In this document: piece after piece, positions 35,246-43,624 of the stretch
Layout: each line of letters starts with the position of its first letter
How positions within the stretch are numbered: the first letter of the stretch is position 1
Virus genome (UHGV): UHGV-0300374
Source of the DNA: a virus
Direction: 5' to 3' (one strand)
Length of the DNA stretch: 64,000 bases
Translations under genes and position numbers: made by a program
Notes under the pieces: generated by a model
Database searches by the model: none
What the model saw: only the letters and a program-made list of their open reading frames with translations
What the model was told of the DNA's origin: nothing

Positions 35246-35972
35246 CCCCTTTTAACCAGCACTTCAGGTTATTAGCATCATAATTCAGTTTCGGGTATGA
35301 GGTTACATGGAACTGCTCACCATCATAGTAGACAATATCTGCAATCCATAGTCCATTCTCTTTACAGAAATCTTTATCTGCTTTAGAGGTAATTGGATTA
35401 ACTTCTACAAAACCATCTACACCCAAATCCTTTAAGCTACCTACAATACCTTTGCAGATAACGCATGTCTCAGATACTACCACAAAAAGTTCTTGGCTTT
35501 CAAGCTCTACAATGTATTCACCAAGCTGCACTTTAGGGAGATTTGATTGCTTCATAATCTTCCCATCGGCTGCACGGACAATCGCATACCACTCTTTACC
35601 ATCAACCACTGACATTCTGATGATACACTCTTGACCAGTACGCTTCTCAACATCTGCAAGACGCTTTAAAGCTTCTTCATAGTCATCTGTGTACTTCAGG
35701 TCATTATTATGGCAAACAGCTTTCATAGCACCGTTATGGTCATGTTGTGACAGATAAATCAGACCATCAAGAACATATTGCAAATCTGCCTGAGCATCCA
35801 GTGTCTCAATGGGGTCTTTCTCTTCAATTGCTTTTACAAGCTCTTTTGCTTCTTCAAGCATACACAGAGACTGGGATTTTAAAGATTCCCAATACTCATC
35901 ACTGTAAGGTTGCTTTTGAGTGTTTCCACAACGAAGATTCCAGTTTTTTACTGCTTCTCTTGAGTTAAACAT
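35217..35972 (-). CDS. hypothetical protein (possible MazG-like all-alpha NTP pyrophosphohydrolase N-terminal domain; weak)
   Basis: 251 aa; EEAKELVKAIEEKD...LDAQADLQYVLDGL loosely resembles the MazG EExxE/D motifs. Confidence 0.4.
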   Translation of the reverse strand: MFNSREAVKNWNLRCGNTQKQPYSDEYWESLKSQSLCMLEEAKELVKAIEEKDPIETLDAQADLQYVLDGLIYLSQHDHNGAMKAVCHNNDLKYTDDYEEALKRLADVEKRTGQECIIRMSVVDGKEWYAIVRAADGKIMKQSNLPKVQLGEYIVELESQELFVVVSETCVICKGIVGSLKDLGVDGFVEVNPITSKADKDFCKENGLWIADIVYYDGEQFHVTSYPKLNYDANNLKCWLKGVGYNGFTEH

Positions 35973-36210
35973 TTGGACTCCTTAAAAATCTGTTAACCTT
36001 TAGCTCTCGTGTTTCAATATATTCCAGATGCTCACGTAACTCTTGACGTTTAAGCATTAGGTGTTGCATTTGAGATTCAACAGCTTCAACTTCTTTAATT
36101 ATTGACTCTCTGGCATTTGCAAGAATGCGCTCAAGTTCTTCAATCTTGCTGTCAACCTTTGCTACATGACTCACAGCTTTACTTTTGTTAAACATTTTAT
36201 TCTCTCTCAA
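35965..36210 (-). CDS. hypothetical coiled-coil protein
   Basis: 81-aa ORF. Confidence 0.35.
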   Translation of the reverse strand: MRENKMFNKSKAVSHVAKVDSKIEELERILANARESIIKEVEAVESQMQHLMLKRQELREHLEYIETRELKVNRFLRSPNV

Positions 36211-36216
36211 TAGTTA

Positions 36217-36714
36217 TCAAGCACAATTCGCTTTCATTACCTTATGGATTCTTTTTTCAGCATCTTCATAAGTTTCTTTAGTGATAAACTTAATTGCTGC
36301 AATGTTGGCATTGTAGAAGAGTCTGAGCTTAGAGTCAATCCTTTTTGTCATTACATCAAATTTATGTTGGAGGTTTGCTTCACCATAAACTAGGCCACCT
36401 TTCGTGTAGTAGGTTTGGATAATGTAAAAGTCAAAAAATTCTTTTCCAAAGCTCTCAATATCTTTTTTAATATACTCAGAAGAAGTCTCATAAGTCATCC
36501 AATCACTTTCCTTAGTGACTACCTTCTTCCGAGTCTTGCCAGCAACTTTTCTTTTGGTCACACTATTAAGCTGTTTCTTTCCGATATAATATTGTCCGGT
36601 TTTCTTACAGTATACTAAATAGACAAAGCCAAAATGTTTAGTGGGGTCAACTTCCCCACATAAAGATACCCAATGACCATAGGTAGGGCAATTGCCAAAT
36701 CCTTTAATCTTCAT
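36217..36714 (-). CDS. GIY-YIG nuclease-domain protein (possible homing endonuclease)
   Basis: FGFVYLVYCKKTGQYYIGKKQ matches the GIY-(10-11)-YIG motif. Confidence 0.5.
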   Translation of the reverse strand: MKIKGFGNCPTYGHWVSLCGEVDPTKHFGFVYLVYCKKTGQYYIGKKQLNSVTKRKVAGKTRKKVVTKESDWMTYETSSEYIKKDIESFGKEFFDFYIIQTYYTKGGLVYGEANLQHKFDVMTKRIDSKLRLFYNANIAAIKFITKETYEDAEKRIHKVMKANCA

Positions 36715-37744
36715 TCATACACGGCTCCCAATTATATTTCTTAAAAGAGAAATTATCTTTTGGATTTCTCTCTTGATAAGCTAGGAAAAAATGCTGTTCC
36801 ATTAACTCTAACGGTGTCTTTGTAATAGTCTGTCCATCCCATGACACATAGGTATAAGAGTCTTTTTTAGCATAAAGTTCATAGATAGCATCAAGACACT
36901 CTTTGTAGGTCTCTTTACCATCTAAAGCATTCATCACAGCTACTTTACCAGCACCTTTAAGGCCAAAGTAGTTGTCTGCATTATCTCCAGCAACAGCCTG
37001 ATAACACAAAAATTTAAAACCTACACCAACTGTTTTTGCAGCTTTTGGTTTTGATTTGATAGGACAATCCCAGATATCACCAACATTATTATCAGCAATA
37101 AAAATTAGTGGTGACTTTTCATAAGTCATATCAATACAATAAGTCCCTTCAGCTTGTCGAAGGTCTTTGTCAATACTCATAAGAGCAGCCTTCTTACCCA
37201 TCTTTTCAGCTTTAGCAATTACGATGGAATCGGCTTCGAAGCCTCCCTTTAAGAGCTTGAACTCTGGTCTTGACAGAAGATATTCACGACAAGCAACTAA
37301 GTGTGTTGGTGTGACAGCATCTTTACGGTTACCTTGATATTGGTGCTCAAGACCTTTAATGTCTTTATGTTTATGTACACCCTTCTCTGTTAAGTAGCCT
37401 ACCCAAGTTCTTTCTTTACCAACAACCTTAAGCCATTCCTGAAGAACCTGCTGAGTAGCCATGATAGCTTCTTTTTCACTCTTAGCTTCTTTCCAAGTCT
37501 GTCTTTCCCATTCATCTTCATCAAATGTCAGGCCAAGCTCTTCCACAAGGATTCTCTGGTCTGCTAACCATCTTGCAGCATCTTTTGCATTATCAAATGG
37601 TTCAGATTCTTCTGCTGTGAGTTTATTGACATATTTATATTTTGCTTTCTCAACTACACAAGCACCTTTATAGGCAATGCTATCAGAGTCAATAAAGACA
37701 TGTGTAACTGAATCGGGAAGTTTTGTTAGTGTATACTTCTCCAT
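36704..37744 (-). CDS. 5'-3' exonuclease / flap endonuclease (T7 gp6-like)
   Basis: 346 aa; VFIDSDSIAYKGA N-terminal acidic cluster, SIDKDLRQ and IWDCPIKS resembling T7 exonuclease segments CDKDFKT and LWDC. Confidence 0.6.
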   Translation of the reverse strand: MEKYTLTKLPDSVTHVFIDSDSIAYKGACVVEKAKYKYVNKLTAEESEPFDNAKDAARWLADQRILVEELGLTFDEDEWERQTWKEAKSEKEAIMATQQVLQEWLKVVGKERTWVGYLTEKGVHKHKDIKGLEHQYQGNRKDAVTPTHLVACREYLLSRPEFKLLKGGFEADSIVIAKAEKMGKKAALMSIDKDLRQAEGTYCIDMTYEKSPLIFIADNNVGDIWDCPIKSKPKAAKTVGVGFKFLCYQAVAGDNADNYFGLKGAGKVAVMNALDGKETYKECLDAIYELYAKKDSYTYVSWDGQTITKTPLELMEQHFFLAYQERNPKDNFSFKKYNWEPCMNED

Positions 37745-37806
37745 TGTGACTCTCCATATGAAAAAGCCCCATACTAAGTACAGGGCTTTAAAGTAACTTT
37801 TAGAGA

Positions 37807-38664
37807 TTAGTCTTCTGTATCGAAGTCTTCATCTTCTTCGTCATCTGGGTCTGGCAAGTCTTCATCGTCACCATCATCAGAATTGTTCGAAGGTTTGTGG
37901 TCTGTTGCGTCTTCTTCAGTGATTTCACCATTATCTTCAACACCATCAAGACCAAGCATAGCCAGTTCGTCTTCATCCAGTTCAGGTTCACCGTTAGCAC
38001 CGTTACCACCAGTGTAAGGTACAAGAGTATCAATGATAAACTGTTCCTGAATAGGTTTTGTCAGAACATTGTTCTCAAAAGTGTAGAAGTGAGTAGAAAG
38101 AATCACACTACCAAAAGAACCGTTACCAACTGCAATATCTGGATGAATTACATCATAGTTCTTGTCATCTTCATGCTTATCGGATGCTTGAGCTTTGATT
38201 TTCTTCATCGGCTGTTTAACAGCTACACGCTTACCATTTACTTCTTCAATCAGCATTACAGGGAATGACTGTTTAGCTGTCCACACAGCACCATCTTTAT
38301 AAGCTGCTGCACGACTTACTTTCAAGATGTAGTAAGTGTCTGCTTCAAATGGTGGTTTGCAACCAAACTTCTCTTCGAAGTCATCTGCATCAACTGCTTC
38401 AGTAGTAACTTTATCCCAACCTTCTGGGTTTTTCTTAGACTTAGTAAACTCTTTAAACAGCTTGTTACCATCTTCTGCCAGAATTGAAACACTGTAGTTG
38501 CAGTCTTTGCCTGGGAATTTCTTATCAATGGATTTACCTTTTCCCGGACGTGGTGAAGTGTTCAGGTAATAAAACCAAACATCTTTCAGAAGGTAACGCA
38601 GAGTTTGACGTTCAGTACCATTGTACTTCTCTACCGGAGCTTTCATTTTAACAACTTTAGACAT
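37807..38664 (-). CDS. single-stranded DNA-binding protein candidate (T7 gp2.5-like, acidic C-terminal tail)
   Basis: 285 aa ending in a highly acidic tail ...DDEDLPDPDDEEDEDFDTED; located in the replication module. Confidence 0.45.
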   Translation of the reverse strand: MSKVVKMKAPVEKYNGTERQTLRYLLKDVWFYYLNTSPRPGKGKSIDKKFPGKDCNYSVSILAEDGNKLFKEFTKSKKNPEGWDKVTTEAVDADDFEEKFGCKPPFEADTYYILKVSRAAAYKDGAVWTAKQSFPVMLIEEVNGKRVAVKQPMKKIKAQASDKHEDDKNYDVIHPDIAVGNGSFGSVILSTHFYTFENNVLTKPIQEQFIIDTLVPYTGGNGANGEPELDEDELAMLGLDGVEDNGEITEEDATDHKPSNNSDDGDDEDLPDPDDEEDEDFDTED

Positions 38665-38882
38665 TATTTAAACCTCTATCTCAATTTATGAAGAGTACCA
38701 ATTCTAATTTGTTGATACTCTATTGTCAAACATTAATTACTGGAAGTTGTGCTTATCTTTAGAAGCTGCTTTACGTGCAGTTTTTCCAGTTCTTACACGC
38801 TTCTCTTCATAGTATTTTGCTGGTTTACCAGCAGTGGCTTTTAAGGAATCCCCAAAAACTTGTTCAAATGCTTTAGAGTGTT

Positions 38883-39176
38883 TCATGATATTCTCCGATA
38901 TACTTGATATTCAAACACATTTTCTTTAATTATAAACAGCCAACCAATATTATGTCGAGGTATAGTAATAGTGACTGTTATCATACTGTGATGGAACTTT
39001 TCTTCTACCTCAACGCCTCCATCACATTTCATGTAGAGCATTCTATAGAACCTATCAACCTTTGTCAAACACTCTTCCTGAAATTCATTTAAACTTTTTT
39101 CTTCAAAGAAGGGTATGAACCCCTCTCTTTTGTAACTATCACTCAGTTTCAAACGGGCAGTCATCTGCATCCTCAC
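38883..39176 (-). CDS. hypothetical protein
   Basis: 97-aa ORF. Confidence 0.35.
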   Translation of the reverse strand: MRMQMTARLKLSDSYKREGFIPFFEEKSLNEFQEECLTKVDRFYRMLYMKCDGGVEVEEKFHHSMITVTITIPRHNIGWLFIIKENVFEYQVYRRIS

Positions 39177-41130
39177 TTAATACAGGTGGAATCGTTGAGC
39201 TTTGACGCTGTTCTTCAGTATAGACTTCACCAGTCTCACGGTCAAACACTTCATCCTCATAATGAGGTAAAGAGTCGTCATAATGGTCTTCAGCTTCACC
39301 AATACCAAACTGTTGACGAATATTTTCTGCTGCACCATCAATGTCAACACCACATCCAGAAGCTTTGATAAGACGTCCTGTGTCTGGATTGTACCAAGTA
39401 TGACCAGCAATACCTGTTGACTTACCATGACGACGACACTTAGTTAACTTGATTTTTGTCAAGTTTTTCTTAACAGGGTCTGGGTCAACCTTGTTACGCA
39501 TTAACAGAATGTTGTTCATGGAAATCTGGAAATACGCACCAGAACCCTTAATATCCTCTTCAGAGATATCTCCACCTTCAGAGTTAGCTTTCTGACCACC
39601 TGCACTCTTACGAACGTGACAAACGTTTACCTGTGCATACTGGTAGCGTTTGCAACGACGTAATAGTTCAGACAAGACTTCCTCTTCATCCGTATCAGAA
39701 CGTGACAGAGCCAATGTAATAGGGTCAAGAATAATAATCTTACAGTCTAAACTGTTAACAAGATAGTCAACAAACTCCAGCAGGTTATCTTGGTCAATCG
39801 CCCCTTGATGGTCAACGATATGGATGCGACGACCTTTTGAAAGCTCTGCGTGTGCTCCCTTTAATTCATCCCAATCCCGTTCATCATAAGGAATCTCAGA
39901 AATCTGTTTGCTCAGGTGGATTGCACAGAGCATTTCCATCAACTCTTCATAGGTATCTTCTACAGGAATTACACCGATATTATAATCAGTTTCTTTCCAA
40001 GCTGAATAAATCATCTCACGAGTGTAAGCTGACTTACCTACTGAAGATGGTGCTGCAATAGTCGTAATCTCACCTAAACCGTAACCACCGTAAGTTAGCC
40101 TGTTCAAGTCTCCGAAAGATTCTGGAAAAGGAATCAATGGAATCTGACCACGATTCTTCATTGCCTCAAAACCGTCTGCAAAGTTCTTGATACCAGCAGG
40201 GCAGTAACGAGGTGCATTGTAGATACGCTGCTTAAACCCTTCCAGAACTGTATCTTTCTCTTTATAGAACTTTGTCCACCATTCATTAAGGTCTTTTACA
40301 CCTTCTGGATACTGGAATAAACGAACCTTCTCAATAGGTAGGATGCCAGCAGCCTCTTTTGTTGCTTTAGCACCTGCTTCATCGTTATCAAAGCACAAGT
40401 AAATCTCATCAAATGATGTAATGTACTGATAGTTGTCTTTGATAGACTTAATGTTTGCACCTGATGGAACAGATACGTGACAGTAGTTCTTACGACGAGA
40501 CTTATCTTTAATTGCCAGAGAAGTCATGTAGATTGCCGTAGCACATTCCATCTCACCTTCCCAGATGAATAGACGGTTGCCACCTTCTGGAGCAATCCAT
40601 GAACCGAACATTGCCAGTTCACCTTTAATGTCTCCAACACCACCTGAAAAGTCTTTTAGCTTACCACGTAGGTGTTCTTTTGGATGGTCCTCTGGGTAAC
40701 GGTGACGAACACGGTAGCCAACATGTTCTAGTTTGCCATCTTCATTACGTTTGTAAGTCGGATAGAAATGTGCATCAATTTCACCATCACTGTCAATGTC
40801 AACCTTGATACCTAAGCGTTCAAGAACTTTTGCAGGAATCTTCCTGTCTTTCAAGTCCATTGCTTCAAGGTTTTCTTTTACATCGTCTAAATCCATTCCA
40901 CGGAAAGTACGGTTTTTATTATCTGAACCAGTAGAATAAGTGCTCACAATTTGTCCTTTATCAAAATCCCACTCTGGGAAACCTTTATTACAACTAAAGC
41001 AAGTCATTGAATAAGAATCATCGTCGTGATGGTAGATTGAGCCAGCATCTGATGAACCACAACGTGGACATGCACAATGACCAACAAACTGACCAGCCTC
41101 TTTCAATTTACGACCTTTAGACATTAGCAC
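39139..41130 (-). CDS. bifunctional DNA primase-helicase (T7 gp4-like)
   Basis: 663 aa; N-terminal Zn-ribbon CACPRCGSSDAGS...CFSCNKGF, then C-terminal DnaB-type helicase domain with Walker A GLGEITTIAAPSSVGKSAY. Confidence 0.85.
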   Translation of the reverse strand: MLMSKGRKLKEAGQFVGHCACPRCGSSDAGSIYHHDDDSYSMTCFSCNKGFPEWDFDKGQIVSTYSTGSDNKNRTFRGMDLDDVKENLEAMDLKDRKIPAKVLERLGIKVDIDSDGEIDAHFYPTYKRNEDGKLEHVGYRVRHRYPEDHPKEHLRGKLKDFSGGVGDIKGELAMFGSWIAPEGGNRLFIWEGEMECATAIYMTSLAIKDKSRRKNYCHVSVPSGANIKSIKDNYQYITSFDEIYLCFDNDEAGAKATKEAAGILPIEKVRLFQYPEGVKDLNEWWTKFYKEKDTVLEGFKQRIYNAPRYCPAGIKNFADGFEAMKNRGQIPLIPFPESFGDLNRLTYGGYGLGEITTIAAPSSVGKSAYTREMIYSAWKETDYNIGVIPVEDTYEELMEMLCAIHLSKQISEIPYDERDWDELKGAHAELSKGRRIHIVDHQGAIDQDNLLEFVDYLVNSLDCKIIILDPITLALSRSDTDEEEVLSELLRRCKRYQYAQVNVCHVRKSAGGQKANSEGGDISEEDIKGSGAYFQISMNNILLMRNKVDPDPVKKNLTKIKLTKCRRHGKSTGIAGHTWYNPDTGRLIKASGCGVDIDGAAENIRQQFGIGEAEDHYDDSLPHYEDEVFDRETGEVYTEEQRQSSTIPPVLSEDADDCPFETE

Positions 41131-41317
41131 CTCTTCGTTGTAGTTCTGCCTTCAATCCATTTTCAATCTTGTCCAGTTCATGAATCTCATCTGCAATCTC
41201 TTTCCTTCGTGATTCAACTCTCTTAAGACGTTCAATCATTACCTCATTGGAAAGAGATGAGAGTTCCACTAAACGATGGTCAATAACTTTAAAATTATCT
41301 TTTACTCTCATCTTCAT
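41117..41317 (-). CDS. hypothetical coiled-coil protein
   Basis: 66-aa ORF. Confidence 0.35.
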   Translation of the reverse strand: MKMRVKDNFKVIDHRLVELSSLSNEVMIERLKRVESRRKEIADEIHELDKIENGLKAELQRRGANV

Positions 41318-41325
41318 TCTCTCTT

Positions 41326-42069
41326 TTAAATTTTCAGGATAGCTCTTAACTTGCTTTCAAGGTCTGCAAGAGTACCATTATTATGAATAATGTCACGCGC
41401 ATATTTGGTAGAAATCCCATTTTCTGAAACATGTGACGAAACCTTATCCACATTGTCTCTTTTTACTTCAATAGTTTGGTGTGCAAATCTGCTCAGCCAC
41501 TCAGCTTCAGAGTCAAACCTTAAGTCACTGATTAAAACAACACCGTCCTGATTCTTAAGTGAGCAAACGTCAAAGAAATTTACCATTCGTTTTTCGAGGT
41601 CTTTAGCCCAGAATTTGTCACCCATAACTTTACGGATAACTTCAGTACCCCAAATCTGTTGAACCTGTCTTGATGAAAATTTATACTTTTTACTAAATCC
41701 CAGACGTGTTAATAGAGTCGGTTTAGCAACCTTCTTTAGTTCCATAATTAATCGTCCGGTTAACTCTGACATGAGTTTGAAGTCCGTATGATAACGTTCG
41801 CCTCTGAAGGTAAACTCCATAGCTTCTGTGACCTTGAACATCAGTTCAGAGTATGATAAATCAAAAACCTGTGGAGTCTCTTTAGTTTCACCGTACAGGT
41901 CATTCCAAGTCAAGTCAAATATCCTTGATGCAGAGAGTTTAAGGTTGTCTGCATAGGCCATTACTGCAACATTGTAGCCATACTCATCTTCTAGGATATT
42001 CTTAACAATAGAACATGAGGTGTCTTTTCCAGAACGTGCCTTTCCAGTAAATGCGATAATATTACTCAT
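41326..42069 (-). CDS. deoxynucleoside monophosphate kinase (T4 gp1-like)
   Basis: N-terminal P-loop IIAFTGKARSGKDT similar to T4 dNMP kinase LSGVKRSGKDT. Confidence 0.6.
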   Translation of the reverse strand: MSNIIAFTGKARSGKDTSCSIVKNILEDEYGYNVAVMAYADNLKLSASRIFDLTWNDLYGETKETPQVFDLSYSELMFKVTEAMEFTFRGERYHTDFKLMSELTGRLIMELKKVAKPTLLTRLGFSKKYKFSSRQVQQIWGTEVIRKVMGDKFWAKDLEKRMVNFFDVCSLKNQDGVVLISDLRFDSEAEWLSRFAHQTIEVKRDNVDKVSSHVSENGISTKYARDIIHNNGTLADLESKLRAILKI

Positions 42070-42130
42070 TCTATCTCCATTAATTACTAAAAAGCCCCCA
42101 ACTAAGGAGGCTTGTAAGGTTTATAAAGAC

Positions 42131-42943
42131 TTAGTGCAGTTGGTCAGTATTAGTCTGTGAATACTCTTTTTCAGCCATAGCTGAGATTTGCTTCACAAAA
42201 TCATCACCAAAGTTAATGCGCAGCTTCTCTTCAATGATTGAAGCACCAATGCTCACCAGAACATCATTGATTGCTTGCATACTCACACCACCAGTCATAC
42301 TCTCAATGAACTCAATGCTTGTGCCCATCATCTGTGAAAGCTGGATTAGTGCAACGATATTCATCATCGTGGAGATGGCTGGAATCATCAATGCAACTTT
42401 CACCTGAAGTGGCTCTATGTCAGCTACAGAATCATTTTTTACAGCTTCTTCCAAAGAATCTTTGGTTTGCTGGATAATCTCTTTGATTCGTGGGTTTAAT
42501 TCCTCTACACCCCAATCAAGTTTTTCATATCGTGACAGCTTCTCTTCCATGCGCTTCTCAAGAGCAGCCATAACAGCACTCGTTGACGAAATTAATAGGT
42601 TAACTAGCTCATCATAACCTAAGAGCAGTAGCGAGTCTTTTTCTTCAGAGGTCATGGCAATATAGTCATTTTTCTGCATCTCATAAAAAATGAACTCTGC
42701 AAGAGCATCAACACCTACAACAATAGATGCTAAAGCAAGTGTTTTGTCACACAGCATCATATTAACCTGTTCTGCAAAAGCACCGTTATCAGACTTGTCT
42801 TTAGGCAGGTTATAGCTTGCAGGCATAAACTGTTCTGTATAGTTGTTTCCACGAAGAATCATAGCCATGCTTTCTACGGCATTGATTAAGAATGCTTCGT
42901 CAATACCTTTTTCTTCAAGCATTTGTTCTACATTGATATTCAT
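42131..42943 (-). CDS. hypothetical protein
   Basis: 270-aa ORF. Confidence 0.4.
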   Translation of the reverse strand: MNINVEQMLEEKGIDEAFLINAVESMAMILRGNNYTEQFMPASYNLPKDKSDNGAFAEQVNMMLCDKTLALASIVVGVDALAEFIFYEMQKNDYIAMTSEEKDSLLLLGYDELVNLLISSTSAVMAALEKRMEEKLSRYEKLDWGVEELNPRIKEIIQQTKDSLEEAVKNDSVADIEPLQVKVALMIPAISTMMNIVALIQLSQMMGTSIEFIESMTGGVSMQAINDVLVSIGASIIEEKLRINFGDDFVKQISAMAEKEYSQTNTDQLH

Positions 42944-42944
42944 A

Positions 42945-43367
42945 TTATTTCTCTCTCAGTTGGTTAAGTTTCTTTCTAGAACATTTTAAGTTTTCGGATG
43001 AAGAAAAGTCAAGTGTCTTTTCAGAACGTGGATAGTAATGTCTATCCCAAGAAGTTTCAACATCATTAATCAGTGACGCTAGATTACACAGGTCTGTACC
43101 ACTTTGCAACCTCTTTTTAAGAGAATCTAGTAAAGCAACTGTGTCTTTAGCTTTACGTCTAGCTGTAGCAACATCTTTCATATGCTCAAATACAGAGCAT
43201 TTTAAGTCATCTTCATAGTTTTCAGACAACTCTATTTCATGTTGTATATCAACCATTCTCCTGTGATGGTGAGCATATTCCCGTTGAGCAGCAATGTCAA
43301 GTTCTTCCAACTTCTGCAAAGCTCTAACAAAGTCAGCTATGTCTGGGTGAACAAACATTTTCTGCAT
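42945..43367 (-). CDS. hypothetical protein
   Basis: 140-aa ORF; first gene of the minus-strand block, divergent from DNA polymerase. Confidence 0.4.
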   Translation of the reverse strand: MQKMFVHPDIADFVRALQKLEELDIAAQREYAHHHRRMVDIQHEIELSENYEDDLKCSVFEHMKDVATARRKAKDTVALLDSLKKRLQSGTDLCNLASLINDVETSWDRHYYPRSEKTLDFSSSENLKCSRKKLNQLREK

Positions 43368-43624
43368 GTAAGCCTCTTTTAAGTAACTATTAAGTTTTAA
43401 TCTTTTATCTTAACGTATTCTATACGTTATACTTTAAAGCTTTTTAAAAGCTATTAAATAATCTTTTAAGAGTTTTAAAGTATCTGTATAGTTAAACTGT
43501 TAAGTAACCTTTTAAGTAAAAACCCACTTCGCAAAGATTAACACCTTGTCAAGTGCATTGTCAACTTGCTTTTTATAATTTTTTGCAGTAATGTATGAGG
43601 TTAATGATTTTAGAGGGAGTAAAA

